A DNA stretch of 64,000 nucleotides from the human T2T-CHM13v2.0 reference genome, Homo sapiens. Within the stretch, counting starts at the first letter, position 1; each line of letters opens with the position of its first letter. The DNA lies in NCBI RefSeq assembly GCF_009914755.1, contig NC_060930.1. One strand, given 5' to 3'. The notes under the pieces are model-generated. The model was not told the origin of the DNA, did not search any database, and worked only from the letters and a program-made list of their open reading frames with translations. Below, in pieces: positions 43,075 through 53,380 of this stretch. The translations under genes and the position numbers were made by a program.

Positions 43075-43475
43075 TTTCATGCACGTCCGTGCGAAGAGAC
43101 CACCAAACAGGCTTTGTGTGAGCAATAAAGCTTTTAATCACCTGGGTGCAGGTGGGCTGAGTCCGAAAAGAGAGTCAGTGAAGGGAGATGGGGTGGGGCC
43201 ATTTTATAGGATTTGGGTAGGTAAAGGAAAAAGGGGGGTTGTTCTCTGGTGGGCAGGAGTGGGGGTCACCAGGTACTCAGTGGGGGAGCTTTTGAGCCAG
43301 GATGAGCCAGGAGAAGGAATTTCACAAGACAATGTCATCAGTTAAGGCAGGAAGAGGCCATTTTCACTTCTTTTGTGGTGGAATGTCATTAGTTAAGGCA
43401 GGAACCAGCCATCTGGATGTGTACGTGCAGGTCACAGGGGATATGATGGCTTAGCTTGGGCTCAGAGGCCTGACA
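43075..43475 (-). promoter_or_regulatory. HERVH 5' LTR (LTR7) promoter/enhancer
   Basis: TATA box cctataaaat (43201-43210, minus strand), ATTAAA poly(A) signal, repeated ttaactgatgacatt-type blocks, and ACAAAAGAAG at 43367-43376. Confidence 0.93.
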
Positions 43476-43650
43476 ACCATGTACAGATGCCTTGTATGCA
43501 GTTTTGCTAATATCTATCATGGCAATGAAGTAGGTATTGTCACCTTCCATGTTATAGATGAGGATTGTGAGGCTTATCATGACCAGAGGGCTTGCCAGAA
43601 CTCACATAGCTCATAAGTAGTAGGTTTAGATTTGGGATATTAATTCTGTT

Positions 43651-43901
43651 TTTTTTTAATTTTTTTTATTTCCTTTCACTGCAACCTCTGCCTCCCAGGT
43701 TCAAGCAATTCCCCTGCCTCAGCCTCCCAAGTAGCTGGGACTACAGGCATGCGCTACCATGCCTGGCTAATTTTTGTATTTTTAGTAGAGACGGGGTTTC
43801 ACCATGTTGGCCAGGATGGTCTCAATCATTTGACCTCATGACCCACCCGCCTCGGCCTCCCAAAGTGCTGGAATTAAAGGTGTGAGCCACTGCGCCTGGC
43901 C
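43651..43901 (-). mobile_element. AluS (Sc-like) lacking the 3' part of its right arm
   Basis: TSD attaattctgttttt at 43639-43653 and 43902-43916; the tail joins directly to 'tcactgcaacctctgcc'. Confidence 0.9.
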
Positions 43902-45526
43902 ATTAATTCTGTTTTTATGATATTATAAGCATCTTTCTTTCCAAGAACACAAACTTTGACTCAGTTTAGTGCTACTAAGATGTTTAGTTTTCACTGTGCG
44001 TGCTAAGATCTATTTTAGAAGGAGGAACAATTTAAGGCTAATTCTAGAGCTTCCAAAGAAACTTTCCAAGGGGCTTTGCATTTCACAGTGGAAATTACTA
44101 ATTAAATTTAGGACTAGATTCCCAGGGTGCCTGTAATTGTAAATCATAACTCAGAGGCAAGCCCTGAGCTGTGGTCATCTTGGACTGGACTGGTTTTCCA
44201 AAAAGGCCCCTGGGAATGTAAAAATGGGTGGGGAAGCATTAGGAAAGTACCTAGAATCAGGATGTAGGGCCTATGGAGGTCCTGTAACAGTTTTACAAAA
44301 TCAGCTGAAAATGGGTCAGAACCCATAAATGCAACTACATAAAACTTGTCCAAGCAGATTCAACTGCATTTGATTTTTTGGGTTGGGCTTTAGGTGGTGA
44401 ATTATAAAAGACAACTAGTTTGTTCCAATATTTTCATTTACAGCTGCCATACAGATAAAGTGTGTTATGTTACTCTTGAAACACCCTAAAATAATCTTCT
44501 CTTTTCTAGAACCAGCAGAACCAAACTTCTAAAATACCTTGGGGAACATGACGGTATGAGTGAAAATCAGGGGTTGTTGTATAAAAGCTGAGTTATTCTA
44601 TTCAGAGGTTTATCATTTATTCAGATATTTTTACAGTGTTTTTCTGCATTAAGGCACAAATAAAAGGGATAAAAAGACAAATATTTTAAATGTCTAGTAG
44701 TAATGCTAAAAACAGCAGGAAAAAAACCCCACAATTAGATAACTAAAGTTAAAAAAAATAGCTGAAACTTCCGATCCCAGCAGGGCACCTCAGGTGATAA
44801 TGACATTGCCCTCTGAATGGCACAAAGGGAGCTGGGCTGAATGAGACTGGCAGAATGTTAATAAACCTCTGTGGGTTCAGGCTTTCTATTTACTACAGTG
44901 ACTCACCTTTGGTTCTGCAGAGGGGCAGAAATCCTCCAACTTGAAGGGCAGGGCTAGCCTTAGGCAAAATTGTGTGGTAGGTGAAGTTGGTGTTGGTTGT
45001 TCACTTTCTCTTTTCCACATTTCCCTTTCTCTCTCTAGGTGGCTGCTCCCAGACATCCCTTTCCTTATAGAGTTAGCTGTCTAATAAGATCCTTCAGTCA
45101 ACAGAAACTTGAGTGTAATTCACCTCAGAACCTTTTTGAAAAGGCAGGATTGAGGGTGGAGGTATGAATGGCAGAAGAAAGGACCTCAAAACAGAGCCCA
45201 TTGCTGTAGTTTTTGAAGTGCTGATCACAATTCATTAGTGGGCAATGTATTGTTTTACAAAGCTTTTACTTTAGTTGTTGTTGTTGTTGTTGTTGTTGTT
45301 GTGTGTGTATACAGTAAGTGGCAATGAGAACTGTATCTCAAACTGTAGGTAAAGAACATTTGCAGTTTAACAATCTAAACTTGTAATTAACAATCTAAAT
45401 TTGTGAGCCAGCATGCAATAGTTGAAACCCAGCTATGCAACTACATTTTGTGACTTTGGGCAAGGTTTTTTAAAACCCGTTTGTGACTTAATCTCCTAGT
45501 CTTAAATAGATATAATTCAGGGCCTT

Positions 45527-45990
45527 TCTTATTCCATTTGAGATGCTGTAAAAAAAATACCATAAACTGGGAGGTTTATAAACAACAGAAATTTATTTCT
45601 CACAGTTCCGGAGGCTGGGAAATCCAAAATCAAGGCACCAGCAGATTCAATGTCTGATGGGGGCCTGCTTTGTGGTAACAGAAAGACTCTCCTTCCAGGA
45701 TTCTCTAGACCTGGCAGAACCAAGACATTCCTATCCTCTCCAGGTGAAAAGGGTGAGAACCTGGGCTCAGAAATACCTGTAGCTATGCCCCTCTACCGCC
45801 ATTTGGAAAAACTACTCTGAGAGAAACAAGTTGACCGCAGAGAGACATAAATGGAAGAGACTGGAAAACAGTCCTGAAACCAGTATCACTCCTGTTCTTT
45901 TCAGTTTGGTTTCATACTCTCTCTTCTTTTTTTAAACTTGTTAGTTTGACTTGGTTTTCTGTCCCTTGCAACCAAGAAGCCTGTTAATGG
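45527..45990. mobile_element. MaLR LTR fragments (MLT1)
   Basis: 'aaacaacagaaatttatttctcacagttccggaggctgggaaatcc' (antisense MLT1), followed by an older MLT1 end 'ggttttctgtcccttgcaacc'. Confidence 0.65.
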
Positions 45991-46007
45991 GATATTTGTT
46001 TTAGACA

Positions 46008-46590
46008 TGTAAAAAGTAAGGTAGAGTTTCCTCTTCAAAGACTTTCCTTCCCATCTAAGTAGAAATAAATAGTAACTTCTTGTAGAAGAAAAATTTATTC
46101 AAAGACCTGTGCTAACATTCTTAAATATCTGCTAGCCATAATAAAGAAATCAATGTACTTTATGTTCTTAGCTCTCACAGCTTAGCCTAAATATTTGCCC
46201 TGGCATGCTTATACTGGTCCAAGCAAGCATTAGGTCATCCTGTTCCTCTTCCTTATTTGAAGGTGTTTTTACCTTTCTCAGCATTCCGCAAGTTACTTCC
46301 TCCTTCCTTTGTTCTCCTCTGCCTTTGCCTCTTTTAAAAAGTTCTAAGTTGCTAGCCATCAGGACAAATACAGAATATGAGGTCCCATTCCAGCCAATGG
46401 AAACCGGACACAGCAGTAAGGTGGATGCATCAAATTATAAATGACCCTGTCTCCTTTGTTCGGTGTACTCTCATGGCAAAACTGCTGGCGAGTGTACCCC
46501 TTCTGCAGAAAGTAAAACAATGGCCTTGCTGAAGAAATTAATGTTCAAATGCTATTTCTTTATGGCACTGAAGAAAAAGCATTTCTGACA
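46008..46590 (+). mobile_element. ERV1 solo LTR (LTR10C-like)
   Basis: TGT...ACA termini, 583 bp, and a 4-bp TSD gaca at 46004-46007 and 46591-46594. Starts tgtaaaaagtaaggtagagtttcctcttcaaagac. Confidence 0.8.
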
Positions 46591-46614
46591 GACATCTTAG
46601 AATGGATGATTTTG

Positions 46615-47445
46615 CTGACCCTCCTCTTTCTTTCTAATGCAATCCTTTGACAAATTCTCTTGGCTCTTTCTTCAGTGAGTATCCAGGATTCCGTCACTTC
46701 TCACTACTTCCAGAATTACCACCATATTTCTAGTTACTATCACTTTCCCCTGGATTTTTGCCTCCTACCTGATCTCCCTTCTTTCACCTCTGCCCTGCTG
46801 TACTCTCCTGCCAACAGCTAGATCTCCCAACAGTTCTAGAAACTGAAACAGATCTAGAAAAGCTAGATCCTTTTACAACAATCCCTTCTCCAGTGGAAAC
46901 TCTCCAATGCCTTTTTGTCTCACTCAGAATAAAATCCAGAGTCCCTATCATGGACTTGAAGGCCCTTAGTGATCTGACCCCTCTTGATCCCTGACCTCAT
47001 CTCCATTATTCTGTCCCTTTCCCACTGAGTTTTATCCGTACTAGTCTCTTGGATGTGCCTGGAACACACCACATACCCACACATCTTAGGACCTGAGCTT
47101 CCTTTGCAGGGAAGACTCTTCTCCCAGTCAGCTGCATTCTACTCCCTACCTTCTTCAATCAAGTCTCTGCTTAAACATCACTTTATCAGAGACGACTGTG
47201 CTGCCCAAACTAAAACAGCTCCTGCTCCCATTTCAATCTCCATTCTCCTTACTCTGTCTCATTTTCTGGTAACATTTACCAATATCTGTCATATTTAAAA
47301 GGTATTTGTTTATTGTCTTTCTTCCATTACGAAATCCCTAAGGGCAGGAATCTCAGCCATTGTACTATATCATCAGCAGCTGAAACAGCTCCTGGCGCCT
47401 GGGAGGACTCTGAATATTTTCAGCATAATGCATGTATGCGTGGGT
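46615..47445 (+). mobile_element. L2 3' portion
   Basis: 'aaactctccaatgcc...cactcagaataaaatccagagtcc' and 'gggcaggaatctc'. Confidence 0.8.
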
Positions 47446-47801
47446 GAGCAAATCCCTGACCTCACTCCAGGGAGAAATCAAGTTAAATGTACCTGGCTAT
47501 GAAAGCAAGCAGGTGCAAACAGACATTCATCAGTTATTGCATATAGTACCTCAGATAAGCATTGGGAAACCCAGCCATCTGTGAACTGCGTAAGCGTTGC
47601 TGGTCTCAGAAAACAATTTCTCAGTCTCTCCTATGAAGACAGTGGGCAGGACATCAGCCAGCCAACCCAAGTGGCGCTAATAACAGTGAATCATAAGTTC
47701 ACATCCTTCTGTGAGCACTTACTCTACAGCCAGACACTCTTCTAAGTGCTTTGCGTTTGTTATCTGATTTAATGACCACAGCAGCCCCATGAGAAAGGTT
47801 C

Positions 47802-48168
47802 TGCTAGAGATGGAATGTTTGTATCCCTTCAAAATCTTTATGTTGAAACATAATCTCCAATGTGGTGGTATTAGGAGATGGGGCTTTGGGGAGGTGATTA
47901 GATCAAGAGGGTGGAGACCTCATGAATAGAATTTGTGCCCTTATAAAGGAGGCCTCAGAGACCTCTCTAATCCATTCTGCCATGTGAGGTTACAGCAAAA
48001 AGACAGCCACCTTATGAACCAGGAAGCAGGCTGCCCTCAGACTTTGAATCTGCTGGTGCCTTGATCTTGGACTTCCCAGCTTCCAGAACTGTGAGAAATA
48101 AGTTTCTGTTGTTTATAAACCACCCAGTCTATGGTATTTTGTTATAGCATCCCAAATGAAGTAAGAAA
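47802..48168 (+). mobile_element. MLT1A/A0 solo LTR inserted in a MIR
   Basis: 'gaatgtttgtatcccttcaaaatc...ggacttcccagcttccagaactgtgagaaataa'; TSD ggttc/ggctc; MIR pieces at ~47700-47800 and ~48175-48270. Confidence 0.87.
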
Positions 48169-51100
48169 GGCTCTGAATTAAGATTAGGAAATTTAGTCAC
48201 AAATGGGCTTTAAATAACCTTTCCCAAAGTCACAAAACTTAGTTGCATACCTGAGTTTTAATATTACATGCTGGCTCTTATTGAGGGCATTCTAAGATAG
48301 CCCACCTCTGTCCATGGCCTCACTTTATCCCTTCAAGTAAGAACACAGACCAGTAAAGAAGCTACCAACTTGCTGCCTGACACTCTGTGTATTTGGGGGA
48401 ATTTCTGCTCTTTGGACTGGTTAAGAATGCAAAGGATGGGCAGCAGTAGGCACTAGCTTTCCTTTTTGATGCTACAAACAGTCTAGGACAGGAAAAGAAA
48501 TGGGCGTTTGCATTGAGAAGACATGACAATCAGCAAATGAGGCTTCACAGCTGAAACCAACTCCACTGAGATTGGTAAGGACTTTTCCTGTTTTTGAAAC
48601 CCTTTCACAGTTTACTTGTTGTCTACAATAGTCCCTGAAAACAAATAAGGCAGGAAACTAGCTGCCACCCACCTCCTCTCCCCTTACCAGTCCTAAATGT
48701 TTGAAGTGAAGGAAAAGATTCCGAGAGAATAAGTTATTAATCAAAGTCAGAAAGACATAAGATGTGAGAGCTTCAGGCTTGAGTTCCTCAATCTTCTTAC
48801 CTGGATGCAGTGCTCTTCCAAATTGCATACAAAAACATATTTGATTATCTGTATATTCTGTAAAGTAAAATGTTGATAATTCAGTTATTTTTCTTAAGCA
48901 GCTTACCAGAATGTGGGATTGCTTTCTTTGACAAAAAAAAACAAAACAAAACACCAGGCAAAGAAAAAGATACCAGACAACTCTCAGGCTGAGAAATGCA
49001 AATTGCTGCAAAAAAATATTGTAGGAACTATTTTAAGATACCTTGGACAAAAACATCAGCACCATAATTAATAATAAGGTTACAAAAAGAAAAAAACGCT
49101 CTGTAAAAAACCAAACCAACCAACCAAACAACCAAACAACAACAATAACAACAGCAACACCCCAAACAAAAAATTCTGTAGCAAATGGAAAGGACAGACA
49201 TTCATTCTCTGATCTGAGCAGCCCTCTCTACAGAGCATGATGCCCACAGCATTGCCTTTGGATGTCAAGGGCAGTGATCTGACCTGGTGAGACAGGTTAG
49301 TCATACAAACCCAATTTTTCATGAATGTTTGTGAAAATTCTCATTCAATTTTGCTCAAGGCAATTTCTGAACTGACAGCAATGATAGACACAGCTTCCGG
49401 AGCTTTGTTTTTCTGAAGTCTAGACAAAACATATGTATTTTAAAAAATACCATGCACAATTAATCTTCCTGTTGCAAATGGCTGTACAGTTCACAGATTG
49501 AGAATCTGATTCTTTATGAGTAAAGCTCTGAAATTTGTTAATGTGAGCAATTCTCCTCAAGCCTTCATATTTCCTATCAGCTTGGTATTTGTTTCTTAAT
49601 TCATTCACACTTTCACTCCTCTCTCACTTTAATTCACTAAACCATTTCATGAGTGCTTACTATGTACAGGGCTTAGGCTAGATTGGACAGGATTTCTGCC
49701 GTTGGGAAGTTTATAGCCTCATGGAGTATGAATGTTGTGGGTGGGTGAATTCTGCGGCCAATGTTGTTCATGTGGCAAGCCACTAAAATAAAACCTTCAC
49801 TATCAGCTTGGGTTGTAAACAACATACAGAATATTTTGTTAAGTAAGTCAGTGTCAGCTCATCCTTAAAATCCAGCCTTCTCCTTTTTGCAGTTTTCTTT
49901 TTTTCAGTAATTCTCATTTCCTCTCCAATTATGAGAACAATTAGCTTGAAGTAGACATTTATCTATTGTAAGCAATTCCAAATAGATTTTGGTCTGATCT
50001 TTCATCTGCTGCTGACAAACCCTGCATTCAGGTGTAGATGGTTTTGATGTAGATTTTACAGTTTCATATTTCATATTTATTTATTTGAGTGAGGTAATAA
50101 TTGTTCCAAAATATTCATTTTAGAAAAATAAGGGCTTCATTTACATCTTGCCTCTTTTGCTTTCTCAAGACTTTCAGACTAATTTTCTAACCTCATTGCT
50201 TGTTCTTAAAACCCATAAAGCAATATTCACTATTTGGAAGCTCTTTTTCAAAAAGAGGCAGGGTAGAGGTAATGGGAAATTTTTTTTTTTATCTTACTTA
50301 TTATGACTGGAAAAGTAAGCAAGAAAACTTAGGTGATGATATTCTGTGATTCTCTCCTAATTAGTGTCCATCTGACTTAGAGTTTTTTCTTTTGAATTTT
50401 AAAAGAGCAGTCAGTATTCAACTATTGTGACATCTATGTGGACTTTGGAAAAGCCACATAATTTTTTGGCTTATTTGAATTAACTCTGAGCCCAAAACCA
50501 ACACTGTTTTATTCTTCCTGCAGTGTAACTGGTGCATGAGATAAAATTTTGAAGTTTACATGGCCTCTTTTATAATTTTATAATCCTGACTGGTTACCTA
50601 CATCCATATCATCAGCATTTAGATCTTACCTACATAATTTAGGAGGTATAAAAAATATTCACAAACTTCATATTTAAGATCAAGGATTAATCCTTTTGTC
50701 TTAAAAATAAATAAATTGCCTGGAATCATTGTCATTATTTTGACCCAGAAAGGATACCCATTGCTGACCACTTCATCAAAATGGTATTTATCATTAGGAT
50801 TATTGCTCATTTCATATTTGGGACATGAATGATAACTGAGAAGTATCATGTCTTTGAGGTTATATATTGTTGTGGTAGTTTGATGTTATGACTCTGTGGC
50901 CCCATTTACCCATGTTGCAGTCATAACACAGGACAGGACAGAGTTTGTCTTTCTGATATACTGGCTCACTTGACATGTTCAAGCAACCTCTCAATTTCAG
51001 CCTTATTAGATAAGCACAGAATTTTTGTTACACATTCAATTCCACTTTAAACCCCTTCTGCCATTGTTCCTTTCCCCTCCCCAGTAACAATTTGTCTTCA

Positions 51101-52134
51101 CCTCCTCTATAAATGCTGCTGTGCGACCCTGCTCCAACTGTGAACTCTAAGGAAAAGTGGTGTCTACTGAAAAGCCCTGGGGTTAAAAAAAAAAAAAAAA
51201 GAAACTTAGAACTAGTACATACAGGGATCCACTCTGTAAGTCAATCAAGTAAAATACCTTCACACAAGATAAATGAATTCAAATTTAGAACCTAGATAGA
51301 GGGGCCTGGCTTTTCATACCAGATGTGGATGTGGGAACCAGAGGCCCTGTATTATTTTACCTGGTAACAAGATAAGTGGGGTGTGAGTCACCTGGGCACT
51401 GGCCTTGTCCTCTCACAGACGAATGGCATCCACAAAGGTGCTGAAACACATTCGTCATATGTTGGTAGACACATCAACATTTAGGAATTGCTTTGAAGAA
51501 CTTAGGGAAAAGTCCTCTTCTTTTTCTCAGAGCTGCAGGCTCTCAAATACACTTCAAGATTCATATCTAAATGCCACACGGAATATCTGTCAACAGTTAC
51601 CAACAACATATATTATGATGCCAAGCAGAGCTGCAGGTCCCTTGGTAATTCTCTACTGTCATCTGTGACTACGTCAATCTCGCAAGGTTACATGGCGCCA
51701 TATTTCCGAGAAGCAATGACGGATATGTGTTTGAGATCCTCTGAACCTGGTTTATCTTCTATTTTGTAGCATACAAGGTGACAAATTCTGCAAAATATTT
51801 TGAAACTGAGGTTTGTTTTTTGGGAGGAAATGTTTATTTGAAGCGTATGGTTATAACACACATTTTAGGTATACTCATGTGTAATATGTATAATGTTTTC
51901 CTAGGGAAAATATTCAACACAATTTTTTCTTATGTGCAGAAAATCAAATGAAGAGTTTTAGGGATGCAGAGAGGTCTGAGATAAAACCTCATAAAGAGAG
52001 AAGGAAATATAATTGTGTAGGAATATCTAGATAAATTAGCTGCTGATGAGTTTAGCTTCTCAGTAAAAAAAAAAAAAAAAAAGTTTTCTTTGTTTTATCT
52101 CTTCCATCTTTTCCCCAAAAATCTTTCAATATGT

Positions 52135-52555
52135 ATTTTTTAAAATGTTCCTCTGACAGTCTAGTTTGAAAAAAAATGTCAAACCTACAGAAAATTTGCA
52201 AAAATAGTACAATCAACACCCATATGTTATTTACTTAGATTTACCAATTGTTAACATTTTGCCACATTTGCTTTCTCTCTGTCTCTCTGACTACTTGATT
52301 ATACCTTTTAATGTTAGTTGCAGATAATCATGAAACTTTAGCCCTTGATATTTCAATAAATATCCTCTAAGAACAATAACTTTCTCTTACAAAACTATAA
52401 TACAATGATCGAGTTGATATATTTAACATGATCAATATTATTTAATTTATAGCCCACATTAACATTTACACATCAATCTCAATACTATTCTGTACAGTTT
52501 CTTTTTAATCCAAGATCCTATTAAAAATCATACATTGCATTTAGTTTTCCTGTTC
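52135..52555 (-). mobile_element. L1MC4-like 3' end
   Basis: 'aaacctacagaaaatttgcaaaaatagtac...ccaattgttaacattttgccacatttgc'. Confidence 0.75.
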
Positions 52556-52857
52556 AATATGCTAGCTAAGGCATTAGAGGAAATACCCTTAGGAAATACT
52601 TCTGATTGACAGTGCCTTTTAAAAAAACCTGCAAAGGAACCTCAATCCTTTCTAATAAAAAATGACCACCAGGTTTGCTTGCTCTCCACATGAACAGTGC
52701 CCTTTTGCTGCCTGTTCTGTCTAGACCTTTCTGGTAGCTCTCTATCGCATCGTCAACCTAATTAATCTTGCCATTAAGAAAAGGTACTTATCCTGTGTTT
52801 TATTTGTATAGGACTGTTATTTCCTCTGAGATGAGAAAGATCATATATAAATCTAGG

Positions 52858-53380
52858 CCAAATGTTGGCAAACATTTTCTATAAAGAACTAGATAGTAAC
52901 TATTTTAGATTTTGTGGTCCGAAAATTTTCTCTGCCACAACTACTCAACTGTGCTCTTGTAGCATGAAAATAACCAGGAGCAATATGTAAGTGAATGGGA
53001 ATGGTTGTTTGCCAATAAAACTTTATATACAAAAGTAGTCATTGGGCCAAGGCACGGTGACTCACCCCTGTAATCACAGCACTTTGGAAGGCCAAGGAGG
53101 GCAGATTATTTGAGGCCTGGAGTTCGAGAGCAGCCTGATGAACATGGCGAAACCCTGTCTCTACAAAAAATACAAAAATTAACTGGGCACAGTGATGCAC
53201 ATCTGTAATCCCAGTTACTCAGGAGGCTGAGGTGGAGAATTGCTTGAACGGAGTTTGCAGTGAACTGAGATGGCCCCACTGCACTCCATCCTGGGCGACA
53301 GAGCAAGACTCTGTCTCAAAAGAAAAAAAAAGCAGGCGTTGGCTAGGATTTGGTCCCTGGACAATAATTCGCTCACCCCT
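52858..53380. mobile_element. MER58A split by an Alu
   Basis: 'ttggcaaacattttctataaag...ccaataaaactttat', resuming after the Alu at 'ggatttggtccctggacaataattcgctcaccc'. Confidence 0.75.
53045..53330 (+). mobile_element. Alu (J or old S)
   Basis: Dimeric Alu with A tail; degenerate TSD aaaagtagtcattg/aaaagcaggcgttg. Confidence 0.9.

Larger units (their letters stand above)
37803..43475 (-). mobile_element. HERVH provirus (LTR7-int-LTR7), ~5.7-kb deleted type
   Basis: Two ~400-bp direct LTRs; 5-bp TSD accat at 37798-37802 and 43476-43480; tRNA-His PBS; PPT; gag/pro/RT/IN remnants; env largely absent. Confidence 0.97.

Noticed and set aside
46008-46590. AP-1-driven LTR10 enhancer
   Set aside because: I see no TGAGTCA/TGACTCA array in this copy; as I recall, that activity is tied to other LTR10 subfamilies.
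48996-49003. Isolated octamer ATGCAAAT and scattered AP-1 sites across the window
   Set aside because: Expected by chance in 64 kb of AT-rich DNA, with no clear composite motif.
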